The notes: generated by a model from the sequence alone, not told the origin. A stretch of DNA of 63,217 nucleotides, filler included, from Licmophora abbreviata (GCA_900291995.1; 12 parts of 12 records of this genome joined end to end with filler, not necessarily neighbours in it); one strand, 5' to 3'. Shown: positions 11,782 through 24,578, counted from the whole stretch's first letter. Translations and numbers: made by a program.

Positions 11782-14450
11782 ATGGCGACTGTTGAAATCG
11801 GTCTCAAGACCTCCCTTGGCGTCAGAAGTGACATTCAGGTTGCTATCGATCAGCTAGATGCCGTTGATTTGGTCGACTGCACCGATCACGTCACAATTCA
11901 GGATGTCGACGGCGTCAATGATGACAAGCACGATGCCGATTTCGACGCTTTTGCAAGCTCCCAGTCCCTCGATGTCAAGCCGGTCATCATTGAAACAGTC
12001 GAGAACAACTCTCCTGATCAGAAAAGAGCGGAAGTCGAGCTTGAGGGGGATGGCGTCGCCGACCAAAAAGACCTATCTCAGAATCAAGAATCAGTGATGG
12101 TTCAAGGCGAGCATGAGACCGCAGGCGCACTTGACAGTACAAACGATCCGACGCACACAGACGACACGCCTGCGGAGCGAGACATGAGTCGATATGTCAC
12201 TCCAAAAGATTTCAACTGCTCAAAGTCATCGGCATGGGGGCTTTCGGCAAGGTTTTGCAGGTCCGAAACAATCTATCCAAGAAGGTTCTAGCGATGAAGG
12301 TCATTTCGAAGCGACTGCTCAAGCGCAAGAGTGGATACGTTGAAAATGTACAGGCGGAGCGCGACATATTGACCAAAGTGCGGCACCCGTTTGTCGTCAC
12401 AATGCATTGCTCGTTTCAGACGCGAGAGAAGTTGTTCATCATAATGGATTTCTTAGCTGGAGGTGAGCTGTTTCTTCGCCTCGGACGCGAAGGCATTTTC
12501 CTCGAAAAGACTGCTGCATTCTATTTGGCAGAGTGCATTCTGGCTCTTGAACATTTGCACACCCGTGGAGTCCTGCATCGTGACTTGAAACCAGAAAACA
12601 TCCTCCTCGGCTCGGACGGCCATGTTTGCCTCACTGATTTTGGTCTCGCAAAGGACTTTTCGACCGGTAGCGGATTTGGTGCGGACGATGCTGAAGCCAA
12701 AGCTCACACAATTTGCGGCACGCAAGAGTACATGGCTCCTGAAATGGTCGCACGGCAGGGGTACGGTCGTGCCGCCGACTACTGGTCGCTGGGTTGCATC
12801 GCCTACGAAATGCTCAATGGCTTGCCACCCTTTCATTCGAGGCAAGGAGCCAAGGATCTTTTTCGAAAGATTATGACCGAGCGGGTGAAAATGCCTCCCG
12901 GTTCGACCGCAGCCGCGTGCAAGCTCTTGAAGGGCTTGTTGAATCGCAACGTCGCGTCGCGGCTGGGAGCCTCAAGGGGTACCATGTTTGAGGTCGGTGG
13001 CGTCGCTGCTCTCAAGAAGGTAGACTTTTTCGAGCACATTGATTGGGACAAATTGGAACGAAAAGAAGTGGAACCACCTGTTACACTGGATGTAGACAAT
13101 GAGGAGGATCTCCGGCACTTTCACGATGAGTAAGTGAAAGAGTCGTGTTCGGTGATGCTATGTGAAAGGGATACGAGTGCGAACGAATTGCGACTCACCA
13201 CACTTGTCCCATCAAATCTTCGATCCCACAGATTCACTAAAATGCCGCTTCCAAGATCAGTAACTGAGATGAACCATGAGCACATTCAGCCGCGTCATTG
13301 CCAGTCCGATACCTTTCGCGGATTCTCCTTCATCCAAGACGACTTCGCGCTCCCGGAACGACATGTGAGTGTTTGTATGTGCAGCACGCTTTGCAATCTA
13401 TTTCGCGATCCTGACAGCTTTCTTGTGACTTACTCGTAGCACCTTGAAATGGAAAAGTACTGGACGCTTGTTGAAGAAGACGGCGAGTCTGTGTCTGAGT
13501 GTGCCTCAAGTAAGATGGGAGTGGACGATATAGTTTCCGAGACCCCACTAAAGAAGAAGCGTCCACCCCGTAAGCGCAAGAAGAAGAAAGCCGTCGACGC
13601 AGCCGAACCTATGCACCCAGAAACCGGAGTCAGAACGCCCTTGGCATCGGAGAATGGGGAACCGAATCGAGAAGAGACATCAACTACAACTCCGTCTCAG
13701 CTTCAAGATAGAGCCCCAATGAATGCAGAAACAGCATCGGTTGCCCCCGTTGTCGAGCCGAACGTTACGACTGTTGGTACCGACAGGAGTTCAAATGCTG
13801 TCGTGTCATCGTCGCCAAAGGAACCGTTGCCTTCGAAACAGGTGGCGCAGGATATTTGGCAGGAAGTCAGCAAAACGCCTGGACGAAAGTCGGCACAAGG
13901 AAAGGTCCATAAGGAAAAGTGGAAGGACGCAAATGGATCCCAGGGCAAGAAAGCGATGCGCGGTCAGCTGGCCCGTGCTGGGGGGACGCCAACACCTCTG
14001 AATACAACAGCACGTCTTCCCACCCAGACGCCGACTGCACGTACTGTGACATCTTCCGTTGATCGATCCTATCGTCCCGTGCCAGGTTCATGGGTCGCTA
14101 AACTGAGCAGCAGTGCCGCTCCGTTGCAGGAACGCGGTCGCGCGGTGGGCAAACCCTCTTCGTTGGGTTGGAAGCCTCGTACTCCAGAGGCCTCGAAATC
14201 GATCAAGACAGTAGGACCGCGCCTCGACAGTCCGATCACGCCGTCGAGCGATTGGCGAAAGCACGCCGTGGCTCGCGGTACCTCGAATCGTAGCCTAATG
14301 ACACCAACAAACACAGGGCCGCCTAGTGGATCTGACGCTTGGCCTTCGCTAAGCGACTTTCCCCCGCCCCCTGACCTGCAAAAAACCAACAACCGTAAAC
14401 CACACGGTGATGCGAAGACTGCCAACAAGGGAGCTTGGGGTCGACGTTGA
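11782..14450 (+). CDS. AGC kinase, p70 S6K-like; introns 13130-13231 and 13365-13439; apparent 1-nt deletion near 12210
   Basis: VTPKDF(Q)LLKVIGMGAFGKV after restoring one T; HRDLKPEN, DFG, TICGTQEYMAPE; hydrophobic motif TFRGFSF; long low-complexity C-tail. Confidence 0.88.
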
Positions 14451-14789
14451 AGAGGCTGATTCCTGATCTAGCTAACTTATGGTACGAGTTATAATAATAG
14501 ATGTGAGTGTACGAGCAACAAAGCTTTTGAAAGCTCTTTGGGATACCTTTTGGTATTTTACCTTAAGGCCAGTTTAGAGCCCACCAACGCAATTCTGGAA
14601 GGAGATTGTCATGACAAATCTTGCTTATGGCTTCGACATTTTTGATCAAGTCAGCCCTCATCTCGATCGGCGACACGACGACGGATGACGAGAGCGACGA
14701 TGACATTCGGCGTCTGCCGATACGTATAGGGGCAGCCACCTCGCTATTCGTGTCGCTTGGCACGCTGCTACTAGATAGTAGAAACAGCC

Positions 14790-16646
14790 ATGGTTGGGAA
14801 GAATCAGCAAGATATTGACGTTCAGGTGGACTTAAACGTCATCAAAGCTGCCGGCCGTGATGGAGCGTTGATCGGTTCGATCGATCAGGGAACCAGCTCG
14901 ACGCGATTCCTCGTGTACACCAAGCAAGGGCGCATCGCCGCGAGTGCTCAGATGGAACACACGCAGTACTTCCCTTCTGGGAGAGATAAAGTGGGATGGC
15001 ATGAGCACGATCCGCTGGAAATTTGGAACAATACCGTTGGCTGTGTGGAAGCTGTGAATGAATCGCTGAAGAAACAAGCTGGAATCGATCTTGAGAAGCG
15101 AATATTGAAGGCTGTAGGAGTGACGAACCAACGCGAAACGACCATTGCTTGGAACTCAGTGACAGGAGTTCCCTACTACAATGCCATTGTCTGGGATGAC
15201 TTGCGAACGACCGAGATCGCGGCCGAGGTTGCTGCCGGCGATGTAGACCGGCTTCGTGAAAAGACGGGTCTGCCGCTTGCGAGTTATTTCGCCGGAACTA
15301 AGGTCAAATGGCTCTTGGATAATGTCGATACTCTTCAATCGGACCTGAACGATCCCATGAAACGCGAGCAGATTAGGTTTGGTACAATCGATACTTGGCT
15401 AGTGTACCAGCTGACGGGGACCAAGTCAAAAGCCAAGGGAGCGGCGAATACAGAAGGAGTCTTTGTGACAGATGTGAGCAACGCATCCCGATGGCTCTTC
15501 ATGGACATTTGCACAACTTCATGGGATCAGGAGCTTGTAGATACCGTTTGTGCGCCGCATTCTGTTCCCAAAACTGCTTTACCGGAAATTGTGGCCTCCA
15601 GCGAGGTGATTGTGCCGTGCCCAGGCGACGACGCCGGCGTGCCCATTCTGAAGAACGTTCCCATTGCATCGATTCTTGGAGATCAACAGGCAGCCTTGTT
15701 TGGTCAGTGTGCGTTTACTCCTGGAGAAGCAAAGAACACTTACGGCACGGGCCTCTTCTTAATGATGAACACCGGCAAACACATCGTTCCGAGCACGCAC
15801 GGACTTCTCACAACGGTCGCCTACAAGTTAGGAGCAAAAGAGCCGGTGCAATATGCCCTAGAAGGAAGCGTTAGCCACTCGGGTAGTACTATTCAGTGGC
15901 TTCGAGACCAGCTTTGTATTATTCAGGACGCACCCGAGTCGGAAAAGCTCGCAAGAACCACAGAGAGCAATGATGGATTGTACTTTGTCCCGGCGTTCGC
16001 AGGCTTGTTTGCACCATACTGGCGCTCGGATGCAAGAGCTTGTATTGTTGGCATGACGGCATCGCATCACAAGGGTCACATTTGTCGAGCGGCTTTGGAA
16101 GCTGCCGCGTATCAAACACGTGAATTGTTTGACGCGATGTACAAAGATTCCAGTGTGCAGCTGAAGGCACTGAAAGTCGACGGCGGGGGAACGGCAAACA
16201 AGCTATTAATGCAGTTCCAGTCCGATATTATCAATGTGGATGTCATAAGACCCGTCGTGATGGAAACTACTTCGAGAGGAGCTGCGTTTGCCGCTGGTCT
16301 GGCTGTGAGCGTGTGGAAGGACTTGGATGAGATTCGTGAATTGTGGACAGCTGCCGAAACGTTCAAACCGTTGATGACGGAAGAGAAGCGCTACCGATAC
16401 TGGGTTGCATGGAAAAAGGCGGTCTCGAAGAGTATGGGATGGATGGACGTTGATATTGAGGATGACGACGTTGGCAGTGACGGATACGCGACCGCTGAAG
16501 AGGAGGAGACACTCGACGAAGCAGAAGCAAAGATCCCGGCGGAAGGAAAATCATCCGGCACCTTCAGCGGAACAACGATTGGGTTGGTGAGCATTTCTGC
16601 ACTCGTCACAGGTTTCCTTATTGGCTTAGCTCGCGCTCGAAAGTGA
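14790..16646 (+). CDS. GK: Glycerol kinase with C-terminal hydrophobic anchor
   Basis: IDQGTSSTR, GVTNQRETT, LGDQQAALFGQ, AKNTYGTG, FVPAFAGLFAPYW, LKVDGG. Confidence 0.96.
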   Translation: MVGKNQQDIDVQVDLNVIKAAGRDGALIGSIDQGTSSTRFLVYTKQGRIAASAQMEHTQYFPSGRDKVGWHEHDPLEIWNNTVGCVEAVNESLKKQAGIDLEKRILKAVGVTNQRETTIAWNSVTGVPYYNAIVWDDLRTTEIAAEVAAGDVDRLREKTGLPLASYFAGTKVKWLLDNVDTLQSDLNDPMKREQIRFGTIDTWLVYQLTGTKSKAKGAANTEGVFVTDVSNASRWLFMDICTTSWDQELVDTVCAPHSVPKTALPEIVASSEVIVPCPGDDAGVPILKNVPIASILGDQQAALFGQCAFTPGEAKNTYGTGLFLMMNTGKHIVPSTHGLLTTVAYKLGAKEPVQYALEGSVSHSGSTIQWLRDQLCIIQDAPESEKLARTTESNDGLYFVPAFAGLFAPYWRSDARACIVGMTASHHKGHICRAALEAAAYQTRELFDAMYKDSSVQLKALKVDGGGTANKLLMQFQSDIINVDVIRPVVMETTSRGAAFAAGLAVSVWKDLDEIRELWTAAETFKPLMTEEKRYRYWVAWKKAVSKSMGWMDVDIEDDDVGSDGYATAEEEETLDEAEAKIPAEGKSSGTFSGTTIGLVSISALVTGFLIGLARARK

Positions 16647-16756
16647 CACAATACGTGCTGTAAACTGCTCTGCTTAGAGCTCTTAGCATAGTTGTTACAG
16701 GGTCTCTTTTATATGCAAGTCACACGTAACCTCAAAGCGACGACGACGATCCGCAA

Positions 16757-19700
16757 TTACTTCTCCTCTTTCTTGAACATTAAAAGCATGCGGTAGCTGA
16801 CCGAGAAGCCACCGAATACGTTGATTGCAGCAACGGCAATTGCCACACAGCCAAGTACGTTCGCAGCCGAGCCTTTGGGAAGGCTCGCCATAAGGATACC
16901 TCCCAGAATCACAACCCCGGAAAGACTGTTGCTCGTACTCATCAGAGGGCTAAAGAGCGCGGGCTCTACGTTCCAGATAAGGTAGTAGCCGAGAAATCCG
17001 GCGAGAATGAAATAGAGAAGCTGCTGAACAAAGGAAATGTGGGCGTAGGCACCGATAACGCCCATCAATGCAGCAAATACCAAGAAAGTCACGATTTCTC
17101 CAACGCTTGCCAAGTCCCAGACGCGTTTTGCGAAGACGCTCTCTTTCTTCGGTGCATTTGCCGGCACTCCTTCGACGGCGGGAGCCTGCTCCGCTATTGC
17201 AGAAGCCTTCGGCTTGTCGACCGCCGTCTTCGTCACACTCTCAGGCGGCGGCCAAGTGATATTGCCTTCGTGAACACAAGTCATTCCGCGAATAACAGGA
17301 TCGTCCATGTTTATGCAGTATTCTGGAGGGTCTCCGTTCGTCTTTTTCGCACAAAGAAGCTCAAGCAGGTTGGCCATGTTGTTGCTATACATGCTTGACG
17401 CCTGCCACGACATTCTGCTGATGAGATCGGTTACGCCAACAATGGTGACACGGTCGTCGTAGACGTACGTCTCCCCTGGGCGTGTGAGCTCGCAATTCCC
17501 CCCCGTTGCGCCCGCAAGATCGACGATAACGGATCCTGGTTGCATTGCATCGACGGCATCCTTCATCACAAGCTTCGGAGCAGGGCGTCCAGGAATTGCG
17601 GCGGTTGTAATGATGATCTGACATTCCCTGGCCTGCTCACGGAAGAGTTCCATTTCCTTTTTGTAGAAAGCGTCACTCATTACCTTGGCGTACCCAGAGG
17701 CGTCGCCGCCTTCCTCCTTGAAATTCAGAACTAGAAAGTTGCCTCCAAGTGATTCGACCTGCTCTTTTGTCTCAAGCCTAGTATCGAACGCTCTAACTAC
17801 AGCGCCCATGTTCGCAGCTGTCCCGATAGCGGCCAATCCCGCGACCCCGACGCCTATCACAAGGACCTTAGCCGCTTGGAAGTTCCCCGCCGCAGTGATC
17901 TCACCGTTAAAGAAACGTTGGTATATGTTCGCAGCTTCGATAACAGAGCGGTAGCCAGCAATCTTGGCCTGAGAGCTGAGAACGTCCAGGCTCTGTGCTC
18001 GAGAGATACGAGGGATCGCATCAACCGCGAGGAGATTCACTTGTGCCACTTTTGCCTTTTCCATCAACACTATACCAGAGTCTGTTCGGGGGCCAACAAA
18101 GCTGATCAAGCTCTTCCCATTTGAAAGCATATCAATTTCATGTTTCTTCGTGACTGTGTGCTTTGTCGGCTCACGGATTTTGACGATTACATCTGCAGCA
18201 TCGAAAACTTCCTGAGCCGTATGAATGATCTTCGCTCCAGAGTCTTCGTACTGGCTGTCGTAGAATCCGCCTCCAGCACCGGCGTTTGACTCGATCAGAA
18301 CCTGGATTCCAAATTGAAGAAGGCTCTTAGCCGTACTTGGCACTATGGCGACTCTGTGTTCGCCTTTCTCGACTTCCTTGATCACGCCGATGTTCAGGAA
18401 AGTTTTGGTCTGTAGGACGGGGACGTTTTCCAAGAACTCCGAGATCGAATCGGCCCGAGTTCTCTGCACTTCGGGTGCCTCGATATCGCAGCTAAAGGAA
18501 GGCGTTTCGGTCTCCTTGACTGGATCCAATTCGCCCAGAAGTGCATTCAGTTTGTCGACACTTGCTTTCGCGTCCCCAAGATACATTGCGTTGTTCGGTT
18601 GAACTGATCGCAGACAAAAGGTGAGTAAAAAGATCGCAACAACCAACACGCGATCCGCGACACATACCGAAGAGGGGATTGTCCACCCCTGCGTATCCGA
18701 CGCGAAGACTGCGCTTCATAACTATTGTTTGATTGGACTTCCAAACTTCGAGGACGGGCATGCCTGCAATTGGACTATCGGGGTCAGTCTGGGCGGCTGG
18801 ATTCACTGTATCATTCGCACCAACGATAAGCGAAACATCCGTGCTGGGAAAATCCTTGTTGATGTCATCCATGGCAAACGTAATATCGTAGGGGATGCGG
18901 GCTTCTGCTAGCAGGACCTGCAATTCCACAGCGTGATATCAAGCACAGCATATTAGAGCCAAGCGACATCGAGAATCCCTGCCACCAATATAACCTACGT
19001 TCATGTGTCCTGGAAGACGACCGGCGACGGGATGAATCGCGAACCGAACATTGATGCCACGAGCACGCAGCTTCTTGGTCATATCAGCGATGGAGTGCTG
19101 GGCCTTGGCAACAGCCTGGGGATCATTTCAATCAAGGCGCGCTCGACCGTGAGCACAATCTCTGTAGCAAGAATAGCTGTCTAGAGCGACCAACCAAATC
19201 AACACTATAGACTCACCATCCCGTAGCCAGGAGCGATAATAACACTTCGAGCGGATGTCAACATATCCACAACATCCTCAGCCGTCACCTCTCGAACGAC
19301 GCCTTCCGCCTTTTTCGCTTCCTTCTTCATACCGGACGGAGCGCCGTCTCCAAATCCGCCAATGAGAACGTTGGCGATACTTCGATTCATCGCACGGCAC
19401 ATCACCAAGGTTAGAATTATACCACTGCATCCAACGAACGCACCAGAAACCACAAGAGCCTTGTTGGACAGCATGAAGCCAGCGGCGGAAGTAGAGAAGC
19501 CACTCAAACTATTGAGAAAGGAGATGGACACAGGCATGTCGCCTCCTCCAATGGCAAGGACAGAAATGATTCCGTAGGCACTGGCCAGAAGAGTCACGAT
19601 GACCATGAAAGCCAGTCCTTCTTCTCGATCGTTCCAGGTCTGGCCGCCACTGAAAGAAAGAGCGCTGAAGACTGTCATGGCCACGAACATGATAATCGTT

Positions 19701-20373
19701 ACATACCAACGAAAGGGGACGATGCGAGGCTTGCTGGAAATTGTACCATGGAGCTTGAGAACAGCAATCATGGAACCAGTGAAGGTCATGGCTCCAATGA
19801 TTATACTGAGACAAAGAGCGATCGCTTGGACCCACAGCATTGCGTTTGTCTGCGACCCGAAGATCTCTCCGTCACGCACCAGTTGGTTTGCATTCGGATC
19901 CAGATACAGACCCAAGCCTTCGAGAGCAGCGGCGAGGCCACCGAAACCGTTGTACGCGCCAACCAGTTCAGGGAGACCTGTAATCTCGACCGACAAACCG
20001 CTCCAGACCCCGCAGAGTATGCCTGGGGCCATCGACACGGCAATCAACCAGACACCATCGTCGTACGTGTAGGTGTCGTCAATCCAGTAGGCAGCTATGA
20101 GGGCCGTCATTCCGATGATGCCGTAGATCATTCCCATCCTGGCGGTTGGGACCTGCACAATATGAACGGACAGTAAAAAGTGAGTGATCTCGCCTCTGTT
20201 TTGAATTGGATCTTTTCGCCGATCCGAGACTACCAACTTCGCACCTGACTGAGTCCCTGCAGACACAAAACAAAACATGTGATACCCACAACCACCACCG
20301 CGTCGAGCCAAGCATGGTCAATCCAGACGAGATCACGCTCGTCCATGTCCTCAAGGTGCCGTGTGTCCATCAT
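16757..20373 (-). CDS. NNT: Proton-translocating NAD(P) transhydrogenase, single-chain beta-linker-alpha type; introns 20153-20244, 19116-19216, 18918-18998, 18604-18667
   Basis: PntB motifs first ([71 protein letters not shown]), then PntA ([48 protein letters not shown]). Four GT-AG introns join the pieces in frame. Confidence 0.93.
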
Positions 20374-20872
20374 TATGAAGTGTAGAGTGCCTCTGAATCC
20401 GAAAGACTTGATGTGTTTTTGTTCTTTTTGTTGTTTAGATTTGTGATGAGACACGCGATGCCACTAAACCATCATACGAGTAAAGGCATCTGAATTTTGC
20501 AGAAGATGCGATGCGAACCCCGAGTGAGTCGAGTGAGTCGAGTCAATCGCGATGAGAACTCGAGAAACTGCCGGGTTCTGGTTTGCGCTCTCTTGAATGG
20601 AAATGGTTAAACGAGAGCTCGTATGCAAATCGTTTTCAAACGACGACCCGCGCCACACCTCTCCCACACGAAGCGTTGACTAGCTAAGGCCTAGCTATGA
20701 CGGCTCTAGAGTACATCTGCCACACACCATAGCCACAAACGTAGACCAAATCATTGTTCCTCATGTAATCCAGTTTAGAAAACTTTGGGTTAAGACGCCG
20801 CAAGTCTAGATTTGTTGGAGAGGTCAGCTATTGTCTCATAAATTTTAGCCTGAGCACTTCTCAAGATTGACA

Positions 20873-22957
20873 ATGTGCAACTTAGCAAAGAGAATCATCC
20901 TCCTTCTGATACTTTTCGAAGTTAATAGTGGCCATGTGCAGGCCTCGAAAGAAACGGTACGTCTGACTTGATGCCGCTGCTTCGAATCGCACGTCTCGTG
21001 TCTAACAGCCAGGTTGTCGTCTGACCGTTTCGCCTTGAGACAGGGACGAGGCATCCGTGGTTTGGTCAACGACGACCTTCTATTGTGTCATGTCATCGCG
21101 ACAGAATCCATGACAAGTCTCAAAGAGGAAGAGAGTGAAGGCGAAGAGAAGTACGATTTCAAGTGCCTTCTGGAGCCGCACGGTATCATGTACCAACTCC
21201 CTCTCCCCGAGCCATTCATTCGAAGTCACACGCACCTGGCGAGCGGAAACTCCATCATTTCCATTGCTGGTGGGCGCGCTACATTCGATGGCGACTCTAA
21301 CGAGCCTGCCAAAATCATCTATCCAGAAGGAGCGCCCATCAAGGTCGTCTCGTCTGGCAGTCGTCGTCTACAAGAATTCCGAGATCGGGCTCATGGAACA
21401 AAGTCGGTGCTCATCGTCCGCGTGTCGTTTCTTGACAGCAACGTGACACTGAATGCGACATTTATTGGCGAGCGAGTCTTTGGTACTGGGGATAATCCTC
21501 CAAGACGCCACGTCAAGAGTCAGTTTGCCGAGTGCTCGTTTGGAAAGCTCAATCTTATTCCAGCCCAAGGGCATGGAATCGTAAACGGCACGGTTGAGCT
21601 TCAGGTGTCGCGGAACGTTACCGGCCTTCATCGTGATCTTCTAGAGAACATGCTCACCATGGAGACGCAAGCTCAGCTGGGCGACGTGCAACACAGCTTC
21701 GACCATATCATGTTTGTGGTCCCCAAGGGATCGCGTCGTGGCGGTTATGACAGTCGATGGGTGGCGTACTCGGTGATTGGCGGACAACTCACCTTCTACA
21801 ACGATCGGAACATTGGATACTACTCAGTCCCCATGCATGAACTCGGACACAATTTTGGCTTGTACCACTCCAGCGAAGGCCCTTTTCCATATGGTGACAA
21901 GACGGGTAAGTCTGCGACATGCGCTCTGTTGACTTCGTATCAGGTCTAGAATCGCTGCTGAACCTTATCTTGATTCTTCACAGGTCTCATGGGTCCCAGC
22001 ACGCAAGCCATTGGAAGCGAGTTCGACGGACGGTGTTTTAACTCCCACAAGCATTGGCTTCTGGGCTGGTACAGTGATCGAGCAATCGCCGTTGACGTAA
22101 TGAACGGAGCTTGGGGCGGAAGGCTCGTGGGATTCATTCACTACGACCGTGCGACTGGAGATGATGTCGTTGTTGTCAAAGTGGGCGATCTATACCTTCA
22201 ATACAACCGTCGCAATCTTTTCAACTTTGGAACCCTCGAACTCGGTGACCGAGTCACCATTGTTCGTGGTTCAGAACCTGACGAGCCTTCCGAGCTTCTC
22301 GCCGGTGTCGCTGAAAGTGTTTGGGTGTCTCCGAGGGTGTACCGAGTCGACAACTTTCAGGACAGCGGCTATGACCTGGTTATCGAGGCATGCGATCAAG
22401 TTTTTGGATCTCGGCAGTCGCCTGAACTTCCCGACTATGTTCGCATGAGCATTCATCTCGATGGTGCAGCTCAAACTTCAACATGTGATGACGTGCTAAG
22501 CTCAATGCCCTCTGCCGCACCCTCCGCCATGCTGAGCAGCGCTCCAAGTGAGATTCCATCGTTGTCGCCATCACAGGCTCCTGTAATCCACAGCGAAGCT
22601 CCTTCAGCGTCCGCCTTCAACATCCAGACAGTCACTTGCGAAGATTCTCGCACGGAAACAGTCAAACTGGACGATGAACGTGGCTATCGATCCTGTCGTT
22701 GGTTGTCGAGAGCCCCCGCGTGGCAAGAACGTTTGTGCGTTCCAGAAAATCCCGCCTTTGACATTTGCGAAGAGACGTGCGGAAAGTGCAATGACTCTTG
22801 CGAAGATTCAGTCACCAGCTTCTATGTCAATCGTCGGCATGGTGCCCAGAACTGCGAGTGGTTGGCTTCCCGTTCTGGGTGGCAGACTCATCTTTGTCGC
22901 GACGGACATCCCGCCAACTTTCTTTGCAAGGAAACATGCGATACTTGTTCGGGTTAG
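20873..22957 (+). CDS. Secreted M11 (gametolysin-like) metalloprotease with Pro/Ser stalk and two C-terminal Cys-rich repeats; introns 20957-21043 and 21906-21983
   Basis: Signal peptide MCNLAKRIILLLILF; RRLQ propeptide site; QFAECSFGKL; HELGHNFGLYHS; Met-turn YGDKTG|LMG; CFNSHKHWLLGWY; PSAAPS repeats. Confidence 0.88.
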
Positions 22958-23771
22958 ACTCTTGTCGCTTCTCCATCGCATCGCATAATCTCATCATTTC
23001 TAATTCACATCATCTCACGCAAATGTCGTATTCAGAATAAGCTTTTCTCTCTTGCCATCATCGAAGTCATGTTCCTCTGTGTCCGTCGTTTAGTCAGACA
23101 TTTGAACAATTTTGTGAGCAGACATATAACTTGTGTATGACGATAGCAGACATTATGTCCGACTGAGCACAAAACATATGCCCAACAAGACCAATCGTTA
23201 AATACTTGCGATTCCCAAAAAGGCTCTCACGGCACCATGCCAAAAATTGCGGAATATTGATGCGACTTGCACACCATTCGCACCATAGCGAGCTGTCTCC
23301 TCTTTGGCCGATCCGCAAACGACGATGAGGAGCTTTCAGATCATAACAGCTTACTTTCTAAAAGTCACCTTAATGTCGACTTCTCAGGTGATGGCAGTTT
23401 TCCCCTATCCTCCCGACATTGTAAGTCTGGCATCGAGTGCATCTGAAGGCTGAAAGAGGACGGCGACAAGAAGCATAGTTTCCTTGGTGTACATTACTCA
23501 CCCTTTGTATTGACCCGTTTCACTCTAGGAACTGTACGATGGGCCAATGATGAACGGGGAAGAAACAACATCTGCCTCTCGTCATGTAAGTTTCTCCGCG
23601 TACCATAGATTCAACGCCTCTCGCATCTGCAACTTACGCATACACACACTCCATTCTCCTCTCTTTTNNNNNNNNNNNNNNNNNNNNNNNNNNNNNNNNN
23701 NNNNNNNNNNNTTAATTAATTAANNNNNNNNNNNNNNNNNNNNNNNNNNNNNNNNNNNNNNNNNNNNCTAG

Positions 23772-24290
23772 GGAGTTTTCGTGTACAACGGACCAGCGAT
23801 GCAGGCTGGGGGAGAAGCCACTGAGGGGGACCAATCTTCTGAAGTTGAGATACCAGAGCCAGAAGAAGAACCATCGACACCGGAGGACAGAAACGGTAGT
23901 GATCTCTATGTTGGAAGTGGCGGGCTTGAAGGCGAAAATAACGAGTGTCGCAACGCGATCCCCAGTCCCGACAACAAGTTCGAACGAATCGACGGGGGCA
24001 ATCCATCTTACAAGGGTTGCTTTTGGCTGTCGTGGCAACCGTTGGCATCACAGATTGAACACTGCCAACAAGTCCCTCGTGCCCGGGAGCTCTGCCCTGT
24101 CACTTGCAACGAGTGTACTGCAACTTGTGGCGATGACTTTGAAACGCAGTTTGAAGTCATGGGACAAGAGCAAGCAAAGGATTGTGCATGGCTATACAAG
24201 AGACCCATCAAATGGGAAAGTGAGTGCGACCCATCGCGACCGGCATACCAGACTTGTAGGAATCTGTGCGACAATTGTAATGAAGTATAG
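23772..24290 (+). CDS. Partial gene with two Cys-rich CxWL...C...CxxxCxxC repeats like those of the neighbouring M11 protease
   Basis: KGCFWLS...EHCQ...ELCPVTCNEC and CGDD...KDCAWLY...ECDP...TCRNLCDNC; probable upstream exon 23529-23585; 5' end unresolved because of a gap. Confidence 0.65.
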   Translation, partial: GVFVYNGPAMQAGGEATEGDQSSEVEIPEPEEEPSTPEDRNGSDLYVGSGGLEGENNECRNAIPSPDNKFERIDGGNPSYKGCFWLSWQPLASQIEHCQQVPRARELCPVTCNECTATCGDDFETQFEVMGQEQAKDCAWLYKRPIKWESECDPSRPAYQTCRNLCDNCNEV

Positions 24291-24578
24291 ATTCGATGAT
24301 ATATAAAAAATAAGTGGCATTGGACACAGAGAACAAAAAGCGAGTGGCGAGGAGTGATGGTGTTATGCGCATTGGTTCCTACCAAAGAATATCTTGCTAC
24401 GCCGTACCCCCGTTCCGGTATGTGGCGACCAGTCGACATTGAGAAGCTCCCGCGTCGGATAGAGGCTCTTCGTATGCTACTGGAATGCATGGCAAAGTGC
24501 TCCACCCCCTACCGGTATCGTGACTTCCCTCTGTATAAAGACGATCCAACTAGGGGTCACAATTGGTCTGTCCTGCGC

